Shown: in pieces, positions 25,905-38,940 of the stretch
Position numbering within the stretch: position 1 is the stretch's first letter
How the letters are laid out: each line of letters opens with the position of its first letter
Program-made: the position numbers and the translations under genes
NCBI RefSeq assembly: GCF_009914755.1
Contig: NC_060926.1
Direction: 5' to 3' (one strand)
Source: the human T2T-CHM13v2.0 reference genome, Homo sapiens
DNA: 64,000 nt
The notes under the pieces: generated by a model
Databases searched by the model: none
Seen by the model: the letters and a program-made list of their open reading frames with translations, nothing else
Told to the model about the DNA's origin: nothing

Positions 25905-26306
25905 ATGCTGTGGCAGGTCCCTGGGAAGCAGTCTTGGAAGGAGGTTTGTGGGGGTGGTATTGGGATGCACACTTGTGGGGGAAAGGGAGGAAGAATAGGG
26001 CAGGGAAGAAAGGTGGATGTCATTGCTGTCACATAGAGACCCCTAGATAGCTTGTAGAGTTGTCTCCAATGGGGCAACAAGGCTGACTTTTACCCCCTAG
26101 CATGGAGCTTTACCCCCCTAGCATTGGATGTGGCCCGGGAGAAGAGAAAACTCTTCTCTTCTCCCGGGTTGGGGGGAGGTAGGGTTGGGGGGCGTGCTCA
26201 GCTGTAAGTTGTCAGCCACTAGCACTCTCAGTAGCTGAAGAAATGACTGAGTCAGTCCTGAAGATGGGGATGAAGGGATCTGGCTGGCACACCAGTGTCC
26301 ACTACA
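25905..26306 (-). mobile_element. Solo ERVL LTR (LTR16-family-like), same orientation as FAP
   Basis: Minus strand begins TGTAGTGGACACTGGTGTGCCAGCCAGATCCC and ends AGACTGCTTCCCAGGGACC, similar to the recalled consensus. Confidence 0.7.
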
Positions 26307-29300
26307 TATTCCAACATGCATTCAGCTTCTCTATGCAGAAACTGGCCATTTTTAGCAAGATCTACAAATAATTAAAAACAAATTATTCCTTATTTGAAAT
26401 ACAGGATCAAATAATGTCTGGAAATATACCTTTTAAGCATAAATTTGCTCAGTCAGTAGGTTAAAAGCAACAAATGTGGAGGTTGGAGGTACATGTTCAT
26501 TTGCCACCCCACCCCCGCCAGATAGGGTGAGGATGCTACCTTCTATGTGGAGGGAACCCATTAAAGTAGCATGCTTGGCTCATGCTAAGCAGAGGAGAAA
26601 TGATTTTTTTGTAGAGTTCTGAGAAGACTTGGGTATGAGTAGCTCCTTCTGTCTTTCTTCTGGCATCTTTCTGCCTGCAGAGAACATGCTTTTGATCCGT
26701 TCCTCAGTGCTGTACCTGTGCCAGTGCCAAGCCCCATGGAGGAAGATGGTGGCTGCCCTGTCATACCTATATTTGTGTAAGTATAATTCTGGGATGCAAT
26801 ATTGGGAAACCACACAGCTTTACCACATTTTCCAACTAGCCTTTACAAGTAAAGATAATATTTTGGTTTCCTGCCTGAATCCTAGTCTAATTTGGAAATG
26901 AGGAAAAAGGATAGTATTTATTAGGCTCCCTCAAGACTCAAAACTTCCTGTGTGGAATCTCAGAATTTTATAGAATGTTATTGCAGAGATTTTCATTTTG
27001 GCCAGTTTTTCATCAAAGTTATGAAAAAGGACAAATACACATATTACATTTTCAGCCAGCATGCAAAGAAATGAGACATGAATATAAATTTCTAGACTCT
27101 AATCAACCAGCATCTACCCTGTGGAATTTTCATGAGTGTGTAGTTTCAATAATGGAAACTTGCATATCTTTTTTTTTTTTTTTTTGCCTAAAAAATGAGA
27201 CAGATAAATGACTGACTGTATTTGACACTGGATGAAGGTGTGATCCTAGTGGCCTAAACATCAGACCTTGAGAAGCCTACCTTGCATGCTTTTGTTCCAT
27301 CAGCATCATCGATATAATTTTACCTGTTTTGATCCTATCATCTGGGACTTACTAACCATCCCTCGGGAGAGTTTGAAGTTACATAATGAGGCTTTACTCT
27401 TAGTCCTGAAGGGAAAGATTTCAAGGTTTTTCCTATGATGGCGCAGTGACTCATTTTACTGGAGCTTCAAAAACACCAGACGATGTGATGCTTCCCACAC
27501 AGTATATTTTTTGCTAAATGGGAAATTACCATACTGCCGAGGAAGAGTGAGTGGTGGAAAAGTCAGGCGATTCAAGTTCTAGAAAGGACTCTTCCACCAA
27601 CTTTTGATGAGAGCTTAGGCTTTTATTCTTCATCTCTTCAGTGGGCACACAGGCTCAAGTAGATATTAGGAAGACAACGTAATACAAAATGTGAGATAGT
27701 GCCTTCCAAAAACATTAAAGCATTATACAAATGCAGAATGCATACATATATAAATGCATGGATGTAAATGTAGTGTCACTGATGCATTCATCAGCAAATG
27801 CATCAGCATAAAACCAGCTTTTTTGGTAGACTGCAAGGGACAGCAATGTTACCTCATATCTATGTTAATTCCACAAACATTGAATGTCTATTATGTATTA
27901 GACATTCTTCTTGGTCTTAGAAATACAAAGATTAAAAGAATGTAGCCCCTGCCTTCCAGGAGAAAAAGATAGATAAACAGATGACTCAGTATAGTTAGCT
28001 CAATGATACTATGTGCCTGGCATGTAAGCTTTCAATCTATGTTGCATAAATATATAGCTTAGGTTGAAAAATGTTGCATATAACTTGAGAGGGACATTTA
28101 ATGTATACCTTTAAATGCCAGTAACCACAATCAGCACATATGGTCATGAACAACAATCTCTTGACATTTCAAAGATGCCATTGACCAAACATTTTATGAA
28201 AGTGTTATTTCAAACTGACATCTTTGTGCTATCTTCAAGGGAGAATTTGGGTTAAAATGCTTATTCATGTCCACGTAGTCAAATGAGCTGCAGCTCAGGT
28301 TCCGGGGCCAGGTGGCTGGACTGAGGGAAGTGGCATGTTAGGGTAGCCTTCATTCTGGTTCCCTTTATGAGATCTTCAGGGCCTCTGCAACTGAATAGGG
28401 ATATCAAGCAGTCAAAGATTCCATTTGTTCTTTAAGCCCCATACCCCTACCAGGGGAGCTGATACCAAAACAGGAGGGTAGCATACATTTTGTAATACCT
28501 TTTTCCAAGTACTCTAACTCTCAGCCCCAAATTAGGAATAAGCTGGAGGGAGGTGACAGAGATTGGAGAATTAGAGATTCCCGAGTCAGTTTTCCAAATC
28601 TCCATAATGACTACTTAGACCCCAATATATTTCATTGATCTATATTGGCCTCTTAACCTAACCTGTTTTATTGTTTGCCACATGCTCAAGATATAGATAA
28701 AAGGTTGCACATAAAATAAAATTATATGGGTAGAAATTATTCATTAAATGTACGTATGTCCTAAACAACCAGGAAATGTTTTGTAGATTTTATTACTTAT
28801 GGTTTGTTATATTTGATGCATTACTTACGATGTTTTCCAAATTTAGAAAGGACAAAGGTTCATCTTCTATCCCCATTGAAACTACAGTTTGAGGAATGAT
28901 TGACCTCCGACGTGGGCATCTCGGGTTTCCAAGCCGTTGTTCATTCCCCTGGATGTGAGAGTTTGATATTTCTCTGGGCAAAGGGGGCCAAAAGTCCAGC
29001 AACCATTTTATCAGAGAACATTTCTTTTTCTGCGATTGCTCAGGTCTTGCGAAGCCTAGCTGACGGGTTGCCTCTGCACGCAGTCTTAGTGCTGTGGAAT
29101 GTGGTGGTTAAGAGCATGGGACTTAGAGGCAACAGCACTTGCTTCAGTCCTGGCTGATGCTTAGCTGCAGTGCGGACCTTTTGGCAAGTTACCCTGTTTC
29201 CCCAAACTCTGTTTCCTCAGTTGCAAAAAAGTAAAGATAATAATACCTTCCTATCCTCCTTTAATTTTTTTTCTATAAGCACAAGATAAGATTCTTACAT

Positions 29301-29406
29301 ATAACAAATGCTCATTAACTGTAGCTACGAATTGATCAGATAGAGGTGAGGAGGATGACAACCATGCCTGTGGGGATGCTGTGCTTATGTGAGGTCCGTT
29401 ACCTAC

Positions 29407-29531
29407 CGTAGCAGACAAGTGCATAGTACTTGGCGTAGTCGCTGAAACTTGCTGTGTAATATTGGCACCTTTCTTTCCTTAGATGGCAAGTAACACACTT
29501 CTTGCTTGGAGGATAGCTTCCAATGCTAATT
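29407..29531 (-). CDS. FAP: FAP exon 16 (125 nt): ISIGSYPPSKKCVTCHLRKERCQYYTASFSDYAKYYALVCY(G)
   Basis: Acceptor ccctctag, donor G|gtaggt; cysteine-rich region. Confidence 0.97.
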
Positions 29532-31215
29532 CTAGAGGGAAATGAAAATAAAACTAAGCTGAAATTTTGAGATTGTATTTATCAAAATGTACTACTCCAT
29601 GTAAAGTGACTAATTTACATATTGACATCAAACCCACTCTATTTTTCTGTTGCCAATATCATTTAAAGTAAAGGGGAATCACAGTATTTTGATGTAGCTT
29701 GATTTTTGATCCATCTTTGCCTTAATAGGCACAAACCTTGAGGAAGAAGCCCTATGTGGTTTCCCTGGAGTGGGAGAAATATCTAACACCTCAAATGGCA
29801 GTGAGGTAGTCACTTCCCATAACCATTCATCTCTTACACTTCACAAAGTGCTTGGGAATGCATAGTTCTTCGTCTTTCTATCTCTCTGTTTCCACCCCAT
29901 GGCAAAACATAGCAAGAAAATCTGGCAGTATCACCAAGAAAGAGTCCCTGTTCTTACCATATATCAGGATGGGGAAATTAATAATAAGCAAATTGGAAAT
30001 AAGAAATTACAGTTCTAAGTGCCTTCTGCGCCTTCATTCCTTTCAGCAGGAAATTTGGGCTCATGGAAGCTCAGGCTGGGAATGCCCCCTCCACACAGTC
30101 TACACAAGCCAATCTGCACTGCCCACATTGGCCCTACACTCACCCTGCAGAGTCATCTGTGTGGTTCCTGAGCAGGGTGATTGGCTTCAATACACAGACT
30201 CAGGGACCTTATCCGACACCCTCAGAATCAGAATTCCATGTGGAGGAGTTTAGAGGATGTCATGCCAGGGTCTGGACAGGTCAGGACCCCATGGTGCCTG
30301 TCAGGGTCTCCTGTGCCAACCTGTGAGTTTCTTCTGCTGCTGTCCCTGACTTTGCCTTGGGCATGGCAGAGAATGGCCAGGCCAGAGACACTGCTGGACC
30401 CAGAGAGTGATTCTTTTTAACACATAAAGTAAGATCACGATCCAGGAGGGAACAGGGGAATATGACAGAGGGAAAATTTCTTATTTCCTCTGTTAGGGTT
30501 AGTATGTTAACATATGTCCCTATTCGGGTGGAACTTTGGAAACATTAGGGAGGCAGTTAACAGCAAGGGCTCAGAGATCAGCATGCCCAGGTACAAATCC
30601 TGGCTCCAACAACATTACCTGCTTCATAGTGCTGTTGGAATTAAATGAAATTACATATGTAAGTCAGATTAAAAGGTGCCTGGCATATAATAGACTACCA
30701 GCATGTAGTAACTATTGCTTTCCTTTCCACACCCAGAAAGGGCTGTCGAGGGCACCATTTCAGTCCTCAAGGGAACAACTGGACTGAATGTAAACACTAA
30801 TATAGGAACAGACATGGGTGGTGCCAAAGTGAGACAGAGTGAAGGAAATCACATATTATCAGAATAAAAACAATGCCTGGTTCATACTAGGTACTCAACA
30901 AATGTGTGTTAAATAAAGAAATGTCCTCAATTACCTCTATATGTACTTAAAGTGTTTAGTACCAGAATAGTATTTAGTATTCATGTAAACATTAGAATTT
31001 CTTGTTTTTTCCTTTTGAAAACAAATATTTTGAATTGGCTAACATTTTGCGAGTGTGTGTTTTTTATACCCATTCTCCAAATGTTTTCTCTAAATTCATA
31101 AATGATTTTTATTATGTGCCATACTTTAAAAATATTTTGCATCTCCTGGGGATGATGACTTTTTATATTAAAATATCAACACATAGAAATACCAGAATGA
31201 ATGGACATAAATTAC

Positions 31216-31269
31216 CTGTAGATGTTTCTTCTTCCAGGGTATTCTTCAAATTCATTGCTAGAATAAAAC
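31216..31269 (-). CDS. FAP: FAP exon 15 (54 nt): FYSSNEFEEYPGRRNIY(R)
   Basis: Acceptor ttttcag, donor AG|gtaatt. Confidence 0.97.
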
Positions 31270-33521
31270 CTGAAAATATATTCAGAAATTATTAAGTATT
31301 GATAAATAAGTGATAATAGGATTGTTAGTATTAATACTAATATAGTATCAATATAGGTAAGCATTTATCTAATGAAACAATTAATTGGTGCTTAAGTACA
31401 CAAATAACTGCTGTTCATAACTGAACTTTGCACATTTATCCTGGCTTCCAAATCATCAGAGGAAGATTAAATTATGCTGAATACTGTTTTTATTATATTA
31501 TATTCTGATTCATTATGAGTCATGCAAAATCAACTAGGAAATTTTATTAATATCATACCTTGACTTTTTTATGATTAAGAACAGTTTACCTGTTTCTCTG
31601 TACTACGTTATTTAATTTTATCTGGGATTCTGAACACACCTTGAATTTATTTTATAGAAGCCCTGTCAATAGATGGGTTTGCTACAAATTGAGGATATCA
31701 CACTGGATACCACACACAGGGCATGTCAATTTAGCCAGATGCAAAAGAAGTCATAAGAGAACATGCTTTTACTTAAGTATCCAGGTTCTGATTCCAACCT
31801 GTCTTAAAATAGCCATGAAGTGGGAAATTCAGTTTCATGACATGGTTTTCACTCTGCTGTATGTTCATCTGAGTATCAGAAACTGTCATTATTTTTCCCC
31901 CACGAATGTGAAAAGTTTGGGATAACCGAAGTTTGGTTGAATTCTTAGGACAATTAGGCAGTCCAGTTCTCACTATGTCCCAGGTATCATGAAAATCTTA
32001 TTAGCACCAAGTAGAAGAAAAAAGCAATGGAATACAACTCGTTTTTAGCACGAAATTTATTTCCTAAACTAACACCTTTCTATGCATCTTTATAACTTTG
32101 CATGACTCCCATCATCCCTTTTCCTTGCCCTCCCCACATCATCTAAAACTATCTGTGAATAAAGGACTCAGGATCTTTCCCCAACAGCCCCCGGCCACTT
32201 CCTTGTTATGTGGAAGCTTCCCTGATTGTCTCCCTCTCTAACCCTTGCAGCCAGGTCCAGTTTGTCTCTTTTCTCTCTCTTTTTCCTGACAGTCTCCCTT
32301 CACCAGTCCTGTTTAGCCTCCATCTGTTTTTACCATCTACTCTGTTCTCTCTTCCATTTAGAGAATGTGTATTGAACTACTCTGTGTCAGGCGCTGTGCT
32401 AAGTGCTAAGGACGCAAACAAAGAAGGAGGTGCAGTTTTGTCCTCAGAGCATCTATTACATTGCCACTCTTCTAGTTCAGGCCTCTTATGACCAGAGCTA
32501 GGGACCTCCGCCTTCAGTTTTTCCCCACCTCCTCAACACATCATGCCTGAAATGAATCTCCCACCTGTTTTGAACATGTCACTCCCCTTTACTCTAGTGA
32601 TTTTAATGACTGCTCCAAAGAAAGTCCAAACACCTTTGCCCTCCATTCAAAGAATTCCAAAGATTCGTAATAGATTTCCGACAGGCTTTTATTCCATGAG
32701 CCTGGACTAATGGTCCTCATCTTTTTGCTCCTAGAATTTCAGCTAATAGCTGGCAGATTTTCAGCACTAAGAGAGGATCCCTAGATGCAGACTGTATTAG
32801 AAATTATAGAAAGAAAGTATACTTTTGTGATTAGATCAGTTTTATCATAAATGATTATTTGAAGATGGTTTATTTAAATAGTATGCAGAATGGACTGAAG
32901 AGGAAAGAACTGTAAGAAAGCAGTCCCATGTTCAGGTTGATAATAACAGCCTTAGATTTAATGCTTTAGGATTGAATCCTAGTCTGCTACTAACTAACTG
33001 TGGCCTTTGGCCAAGTTAATTAAATTTTATGAGTATCCCTTTTCTCATCTGCAAACTTAGGATAATCATTTCTACTTTACAGTATCTGGTACACAGTAAT
33101 TGCTCCATAAATGACAGTTGTTATAAATAATAATGTTAAACTTATATAACAATGAATCACTACAAAAGATGCTCCATATCTATGGGCTGCCCTCCAGGGA
33201 ATTTTGAAACTTGTTCATTGCTTCAAGTGCTGAAGGGTAAAATTTGCCTTTAGAACGAGTTATTATCTTAAAATTTGTATACTTTTTATATAATTGCCTA
33301 CCAAATATCAGAAGAGAAATTATCACCTACTGAAGGCTTTTTTCCAAAAGGAAATCATTTTGACTAGTTATTAAAAATGTGCAATCGTAAATGAACTCAC
33401 AACTGTCTGAATTATAGAGTAACAAAAATCTTCTTAACTAAGAGAGTTGGTACAGTATCATTTATGTCCATCGGTGCCAATTAAAACCTGAATGGTGCAT
33501 CGTGCTTCGTGCAATACTTAC

Positions 33522-33592
33522 AGTGAATCCTGTGTTACTCTGAATATATTTATGGCCTCCCACTTGCCACTTGTAATTTGAATAGCATTTTC
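33522..33592 (-). CDS. FAP: FAP exon 14 (71 nt): ENAIQITSGKWEAINIFRVTQDS(L)
   Basis: Follows the 98-nt intron 13; donor CT|gtaagt. Confidence 0.97.
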
Positions 33593-33690
33593 CTATAAAA
33601 AGACAAACATTATGTTGTGTGAAACTGAGCGTTATTTGAGCAACCTCAAGTGAATGATCTTTGAGGAGATAAATCTTGGAAGGAACGTAC

Positions 33691-33795
33691 CACAGTGTCT
33701 TTGATATAGTGAATATGTTTGTAGCCATCCTTGTCACTAAATATTTTGTAGTACGAAATGGCATCATAGCTGAAAACTGGTGTTGAAACAAAGAA
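33691..33795 (-). CDS. FAP: FAP exon 13 (105 nt): FFVSTPVFSYDAISYYKIFSDKDGYKHIHYIKDTV
   Basis: AG/GT boundaries; peptide visible in ORF 33646..33837. Confidence 0.97.
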
Positions 33796-34984
33796 CTGAA
33801 AAAAATTAGCAGAGGTTATGTTCAAAAGACAAACCAAACTAAAACCATAGATTTTGTTTTAATATATAAAAGCGACGTATGGTCATAGTTATAGGAATCA
33901 GAATGTCTCGCCTCCTCTGTCTTCTGTCATTCACATCTGAAATCCCATTCTTTCAGATAAACAGCTTATGTAGTGATTCTGACAGGCACTTGAACATTCC
34001 GACCACTGCTTGGCTGCTACTGCATACCCCTGGATTTACAATGCTTAATTTGATTAAATTCCTAAGTCGAAGGTTATGTGGTTTGAAACGGAGTTAAAAG
34101 AATCACAAACGCATGTTGATATTTAACGAAACCAAACCTAAAATGAGGTATTTGACCAAAGTCTGATGCTCATTGACTATACCTCTTTTAATTCTTGATT
34201 TGTCTGATGCCAAGCATGCAATATCAATGATTCAATGAAGACATTTAAAAGATGAAAAGATCATGGCTTGCTAGCCACAGTTTTTAATGGTGAGGAGGGG
34301 CTTCTGGACTTGAGAGAAAAAAGTTGCCTATGTTGGGGGAGGTTTACTCCTTGAGCACAGGAAGCCGACTGCAGACTGACCTCAATGCCCTGGTTTGACC
34401 TCTAACAGGTAACCCCATGCAGAACTTGCTGGGAACCAATTAACTACCTAAGGTACGCTAGGCTCTTTAGTGTGCCTTGAAACAGAACAAGCCACACCTC
34501 AACATTCTAAATGATAGATATAACTGAAATTCTGCAAATGTTCTTACACCAAATTTTAGAAAATAGTTTCGTATTTTTCCCATTAAAAAATTAATTGACT
34601 TGTCTTACATTTGCTGACTTTTTTTCCCCATTGGTCATTGTTTGGTGAAATGATGGCAAATCATTAAAAGAATTCCATGAGGAAAGAGCTACTCTACATC
34701 ATGCAGAGCAGATTTAAAGCCAGCTCTCTCTAGTTGGTGTCCCTCCACATGAGAACTGCATCAAGCAACAACAACAAAAAGCTACTAGTATCTTTTAGCT
34801 ACAAAGACCTATCCTGGTGAGACCTAATGTGAGACCCATTGTAGAGCAAGAAAAGAGTGGAGGAAGTCACTGTAGGCTCCTTTAATGATGACCTCATATT
34901 TGATGCCTTTTTGATGCAACCGATCATTATTTCTCATGAAATAATTATAACTGTGTGACATTAAAATGCAACTAATTTGATGTG

Positions 34985-35434
34985 ATGTCTTTAGTGGACT
35001 GAGTTCCCCAAAAATTCATGTCCACGTGGAGCCACAGAATGTGACCCTTTTGGAAATGGGGTCTTCGCAGATGTAATCAAGGGAGAAAGTAAAGATGTGT
35101 ATTAAAGAGGGCCCTAACTCTAATGACTGCTGTCCTCATAGGTGGGGAGGACACAAAGAGACACTGAGAGATACAGGGAAGAAGACTATGTGAAGACAGA
35201 AGCAGGGATTAAAGTGATACGGCTGTTAAACAAACAATGCTCAGGGATTTCTAGGAGCCATGAGAAGCTGGAAGAGACAGGGAGGATTCTTCTCTTGAGT
35301 CTTCATAGGGAGCACGACTCTGCTGACACCATGATTTCCGACTTCCAGCTTTCAGAATGGCGAGAGAATAAATTTCTGTTGTTTTAAGCCACAAAGTTTG
35401 CCATAACTTATAGCAGCCCTAGGAAACTAATACA
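34985..35434 (+). mobile_element. MaLR LTR (MLT1B/C-like)
   Basis: gaatgtgacc..ttggaaat..gcagatgtaat; 3' end aataaatttctgttgttttaagccac...aactaataca. Confidence 0.85.
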
Positions 35435-35475
35435 GTGCCCTAAGTCTCACCACATTTACCTAGAATCAATAAATC

Positions 35476-35870
35476 AGTCAAATCAAATAAGCAGAAGGCC
35501 ATTAACCTGAGGCTGTCTCTATAATTTGAGTTCCTATATAATGAAACACAACCTTAGTACATATACAAACCAAAACCTAACTACGAGTCCAGCAAAAGGG
35601 TTTCAGCCAATCATAGGCAGCCATCATATCACACCACATCCAAATAAGGTAGATGCCTCATCACTCTATGACCCAATGAGGCCGACTCCTAGTGTAGCCA
35701 ACCAGTGGTTTATCTACCTTGCTTCTGCGTTTGGCCTATAAAAGGTGGCTGCTCACATTGCTGGGCAGAACTCTCAGAACATCTTCTGGTTCTGAGTGCT
35801 GCCTGATTTATGAATTGTTTTTGTTCAAATAAACTCTACTACTTTTAACTTGTCTAAAGTTTTCTTTAAA
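35476..35870 (+). mobile_element. ERV1 solo LTR (MER57/MER93-like), antisense to FAP
   Basis: aggccatta..ctgagg start; CCAAT, TATAAAA and AATAAA in LTR order; end ttgtctaaagttttcttt. Confidence 0.7.
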
Positions 35871-36122
35871 ATGAAAAAATGGAATAATGAGAAACAGCTG
35901 CCTCTACATGATTCCTACATTAGTTTCATTAATAATAAGACCAACCTTGGTAGGATTTTGCATATTGAGACTAATGCTTCCAAGTGAAATTAATAACCAA
36001 GAGGCCCAGGAATAGGAAACTCTGATTAACAATTTTGTGGGTAAAATTTTATTACTATAAGTCTTTGACAAAATCCTTCTTTCATTTCAGAATGAAGTTT
36101 CACCCTCTTAGCTAAATGATAA

Positions 36123-36461
<339 letters not shown>

Positions 36462-38154
36462 TATGTCTCCTTCTTATTCCTCATTGTGAAACACAAAAAT
36501 TGGTTCTACATTGCCTTAATCACTAAAATAAAACCTGAATCACAACATTTTTAAGGTACCACAGTAAAAAGAAAAATTGTCTGCAAGCTGCAGTCAGTTA
36601 GATAAGGGACTTTTTAAAGGGCTTTGTTCTAGATTAAAACTTAGCATCTCATTTTTATTGAAAATAAAAAAAACAGGGCAGAGTGTTATGTTTTAAGATA
36701 TTAGAATCAGGCAAACAGGAAGAATATTTCTGATAAGCAAAGACTGTTATCTTCTCCCCTTTCATTGCACACATTGAAGACAGCTGCTTTAGATGAACAG
36801 GTAACTTGGGTGAGGTAAAGAGAGTGTGAAATATGTCCACATTCATTTTGCTAGAGTTAGGCCCATAAAGTGTTCTGAGTTAAGTGCTTCTTGCAAGTCA
36901 CACCTGGACCCTAGATAAGCACCCACACCAAGTTGTCCTCAGTTTTAATGAGGCCCTTACACTGGTTTCTTTATTATGCTTAGATTTTCTGATAGATTAC
37001 TCATCTCTATATGAAGTGCAAAGCCATTTAAAATATTTTACCTGGAAGGTGACATTATTTACCGCCATGTAATATCTTGCCATAGCTGTTAAATGACCTA
37101 AAGCGGATGCCCTAAACTGAGTGCACATTCGGTCAAAAGCACAAGCTTTCAAGCATCAAGAAGAAAATTCATTTTTTTTTGAACCAAGGGATTTTGCCAG
37201 CCGCCTAAAGACGGTGTAGTGTGTTGCTTAAATTATTTTAAAATAATTGATGTGACTTTGCAGTCTAAGCATGATGCCTTCAGTGCTTGTTCTCCAAATT
37301 TAAGGAATGAAGCACTAGTTTCCTTTGATTAACTCTTCACTTTTCTGTCCTCTACAGAGCAAAACAAAACAAACATGTTTTAAAAGCAATTTTGTTATTT
37401 TTTCTGATTAATACCAAAAAAGAAGTTAGGTTATTAATCCTAACTTAAAGGACTGGATGTGTCAGTGCTGGAGGAAAAAAGTGGTAAGTAAAGTTCGCAG
37501 GAAACCTATTTTCTAGTTCTGTGCCTGCAACTAACAGATCATTTACTTTTAGCAAGTCATTTAATCTCCCTTTTCTAATTCATAGGTGATTTCTGAGAGT
37601 CTTTTTCCATTTTAAATATCTCTGACAAACTCAAAAGAAACCATATATCAAAAATAGCTTTTAAAATTTATACTAATACGACTAGCTTGTATACTTTATC
37701 TAAAGACCCTATAAATGTTACTTGAATGAATGTCTGAAATACATACACATTTCTAGTTTTTTCTGGTTAATTTTATTAAGTCACTAGTTTCATTATAGGT
37801 CAAAGGAAGCTATTAAATATACAATATATTATGAAATATGAGTTATGGCTATATAAAATTGTGGCCAGACTTTTTCAAAAGGCATGTCAGAACTTACAAA
37901 AGCTAATTAATAATCCATTTAAAGCAGGTGCCTTGGGAGAGTGTAAACTGACTCTTGAAAACAATCATTGCAAATAATTTTTGATAATTTCTCTTCTGGA
38001 ATTTAGAAGTTTTACTGACTACTGAATACATGTTAAGAGATTGAGATTAGTACATAAAAATAAGTTGTTCCCAATAGAATTATAAAACTATGAATATTAA
38101 AATGATCTGGCACAAAATCACATGTCCCAGATAAGTAACTCATTTACTCTCTAG

Positions 38155-38283
38155 ATTTAGTTGGGAATGACTTTTGATTTAATATAAGGACCTCATCTTC
38201 TCCCAAAGGAGAGGTATGTGCCTCAACTGAGGGTATTTTTTTAAAAAAGTTCTACAGCTGGGCTGGGCGCGGTGGCTCATGCC
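38155..38283 (+). repeat. First copy of a 129-bp tandem duplication, ending in a 23-nt Alu head
   Basis: The sequence atttagttgggaatga... restarts at 38284. Confidence 0.92.
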
Positions 38284-38364
38284 ATTTAGTTGGGAATGAT
38301 TTTTGATTTAATGTAAGGACCTCATCTTCTCTCAAAGGAGACATATGTGCCTCCACTGAGGGCA

Positions 38365-38591
38365 TTTTTTTTTTTTTTGAGACAGAGTCTCGCTCTGTCG
38401 CCCAAGCCAGAGTGCAGTGGCGCGATCTCTGCTCACTGCAAGCTCCGCCTCCCAGGTTCACGCCATTCTCTTGCCTCAGCCTCCTGAGTAGCTGGGACTA
38501 CAGGCGCCCGCCACCATGCCCGGCTAATTTTTTTGTATTTTTAGTAGACGGGGTTTCACAGTGTTAGCCAGGATGGTCTCGATCTCCTGAC
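38365..38591 (-). mobile_element. 5'-truncated AluY-like element with TSD cactgaggg(c/t)(a/g)tttt
   Basis: Y-type diagnostics gcaagctccgcc, ttcacgccattctc, ttagccaggatgg; lacks the first ~66 nt. Confidence 0.93.
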
Positions 38592-38625
38592 ACTGAGGGT
38601 GTTTTTTAAAAAAGTTCTACAGCTG

Positions 38626-38940
<315 letters not shown>

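Noticed and set aside
33462-33791. 109-aa ORF spanning exons 13-14 and the 98-nt intron
   Set aside because: It starts out of frame with FAP at a non-ATG codon and shows no homology I can recognise.
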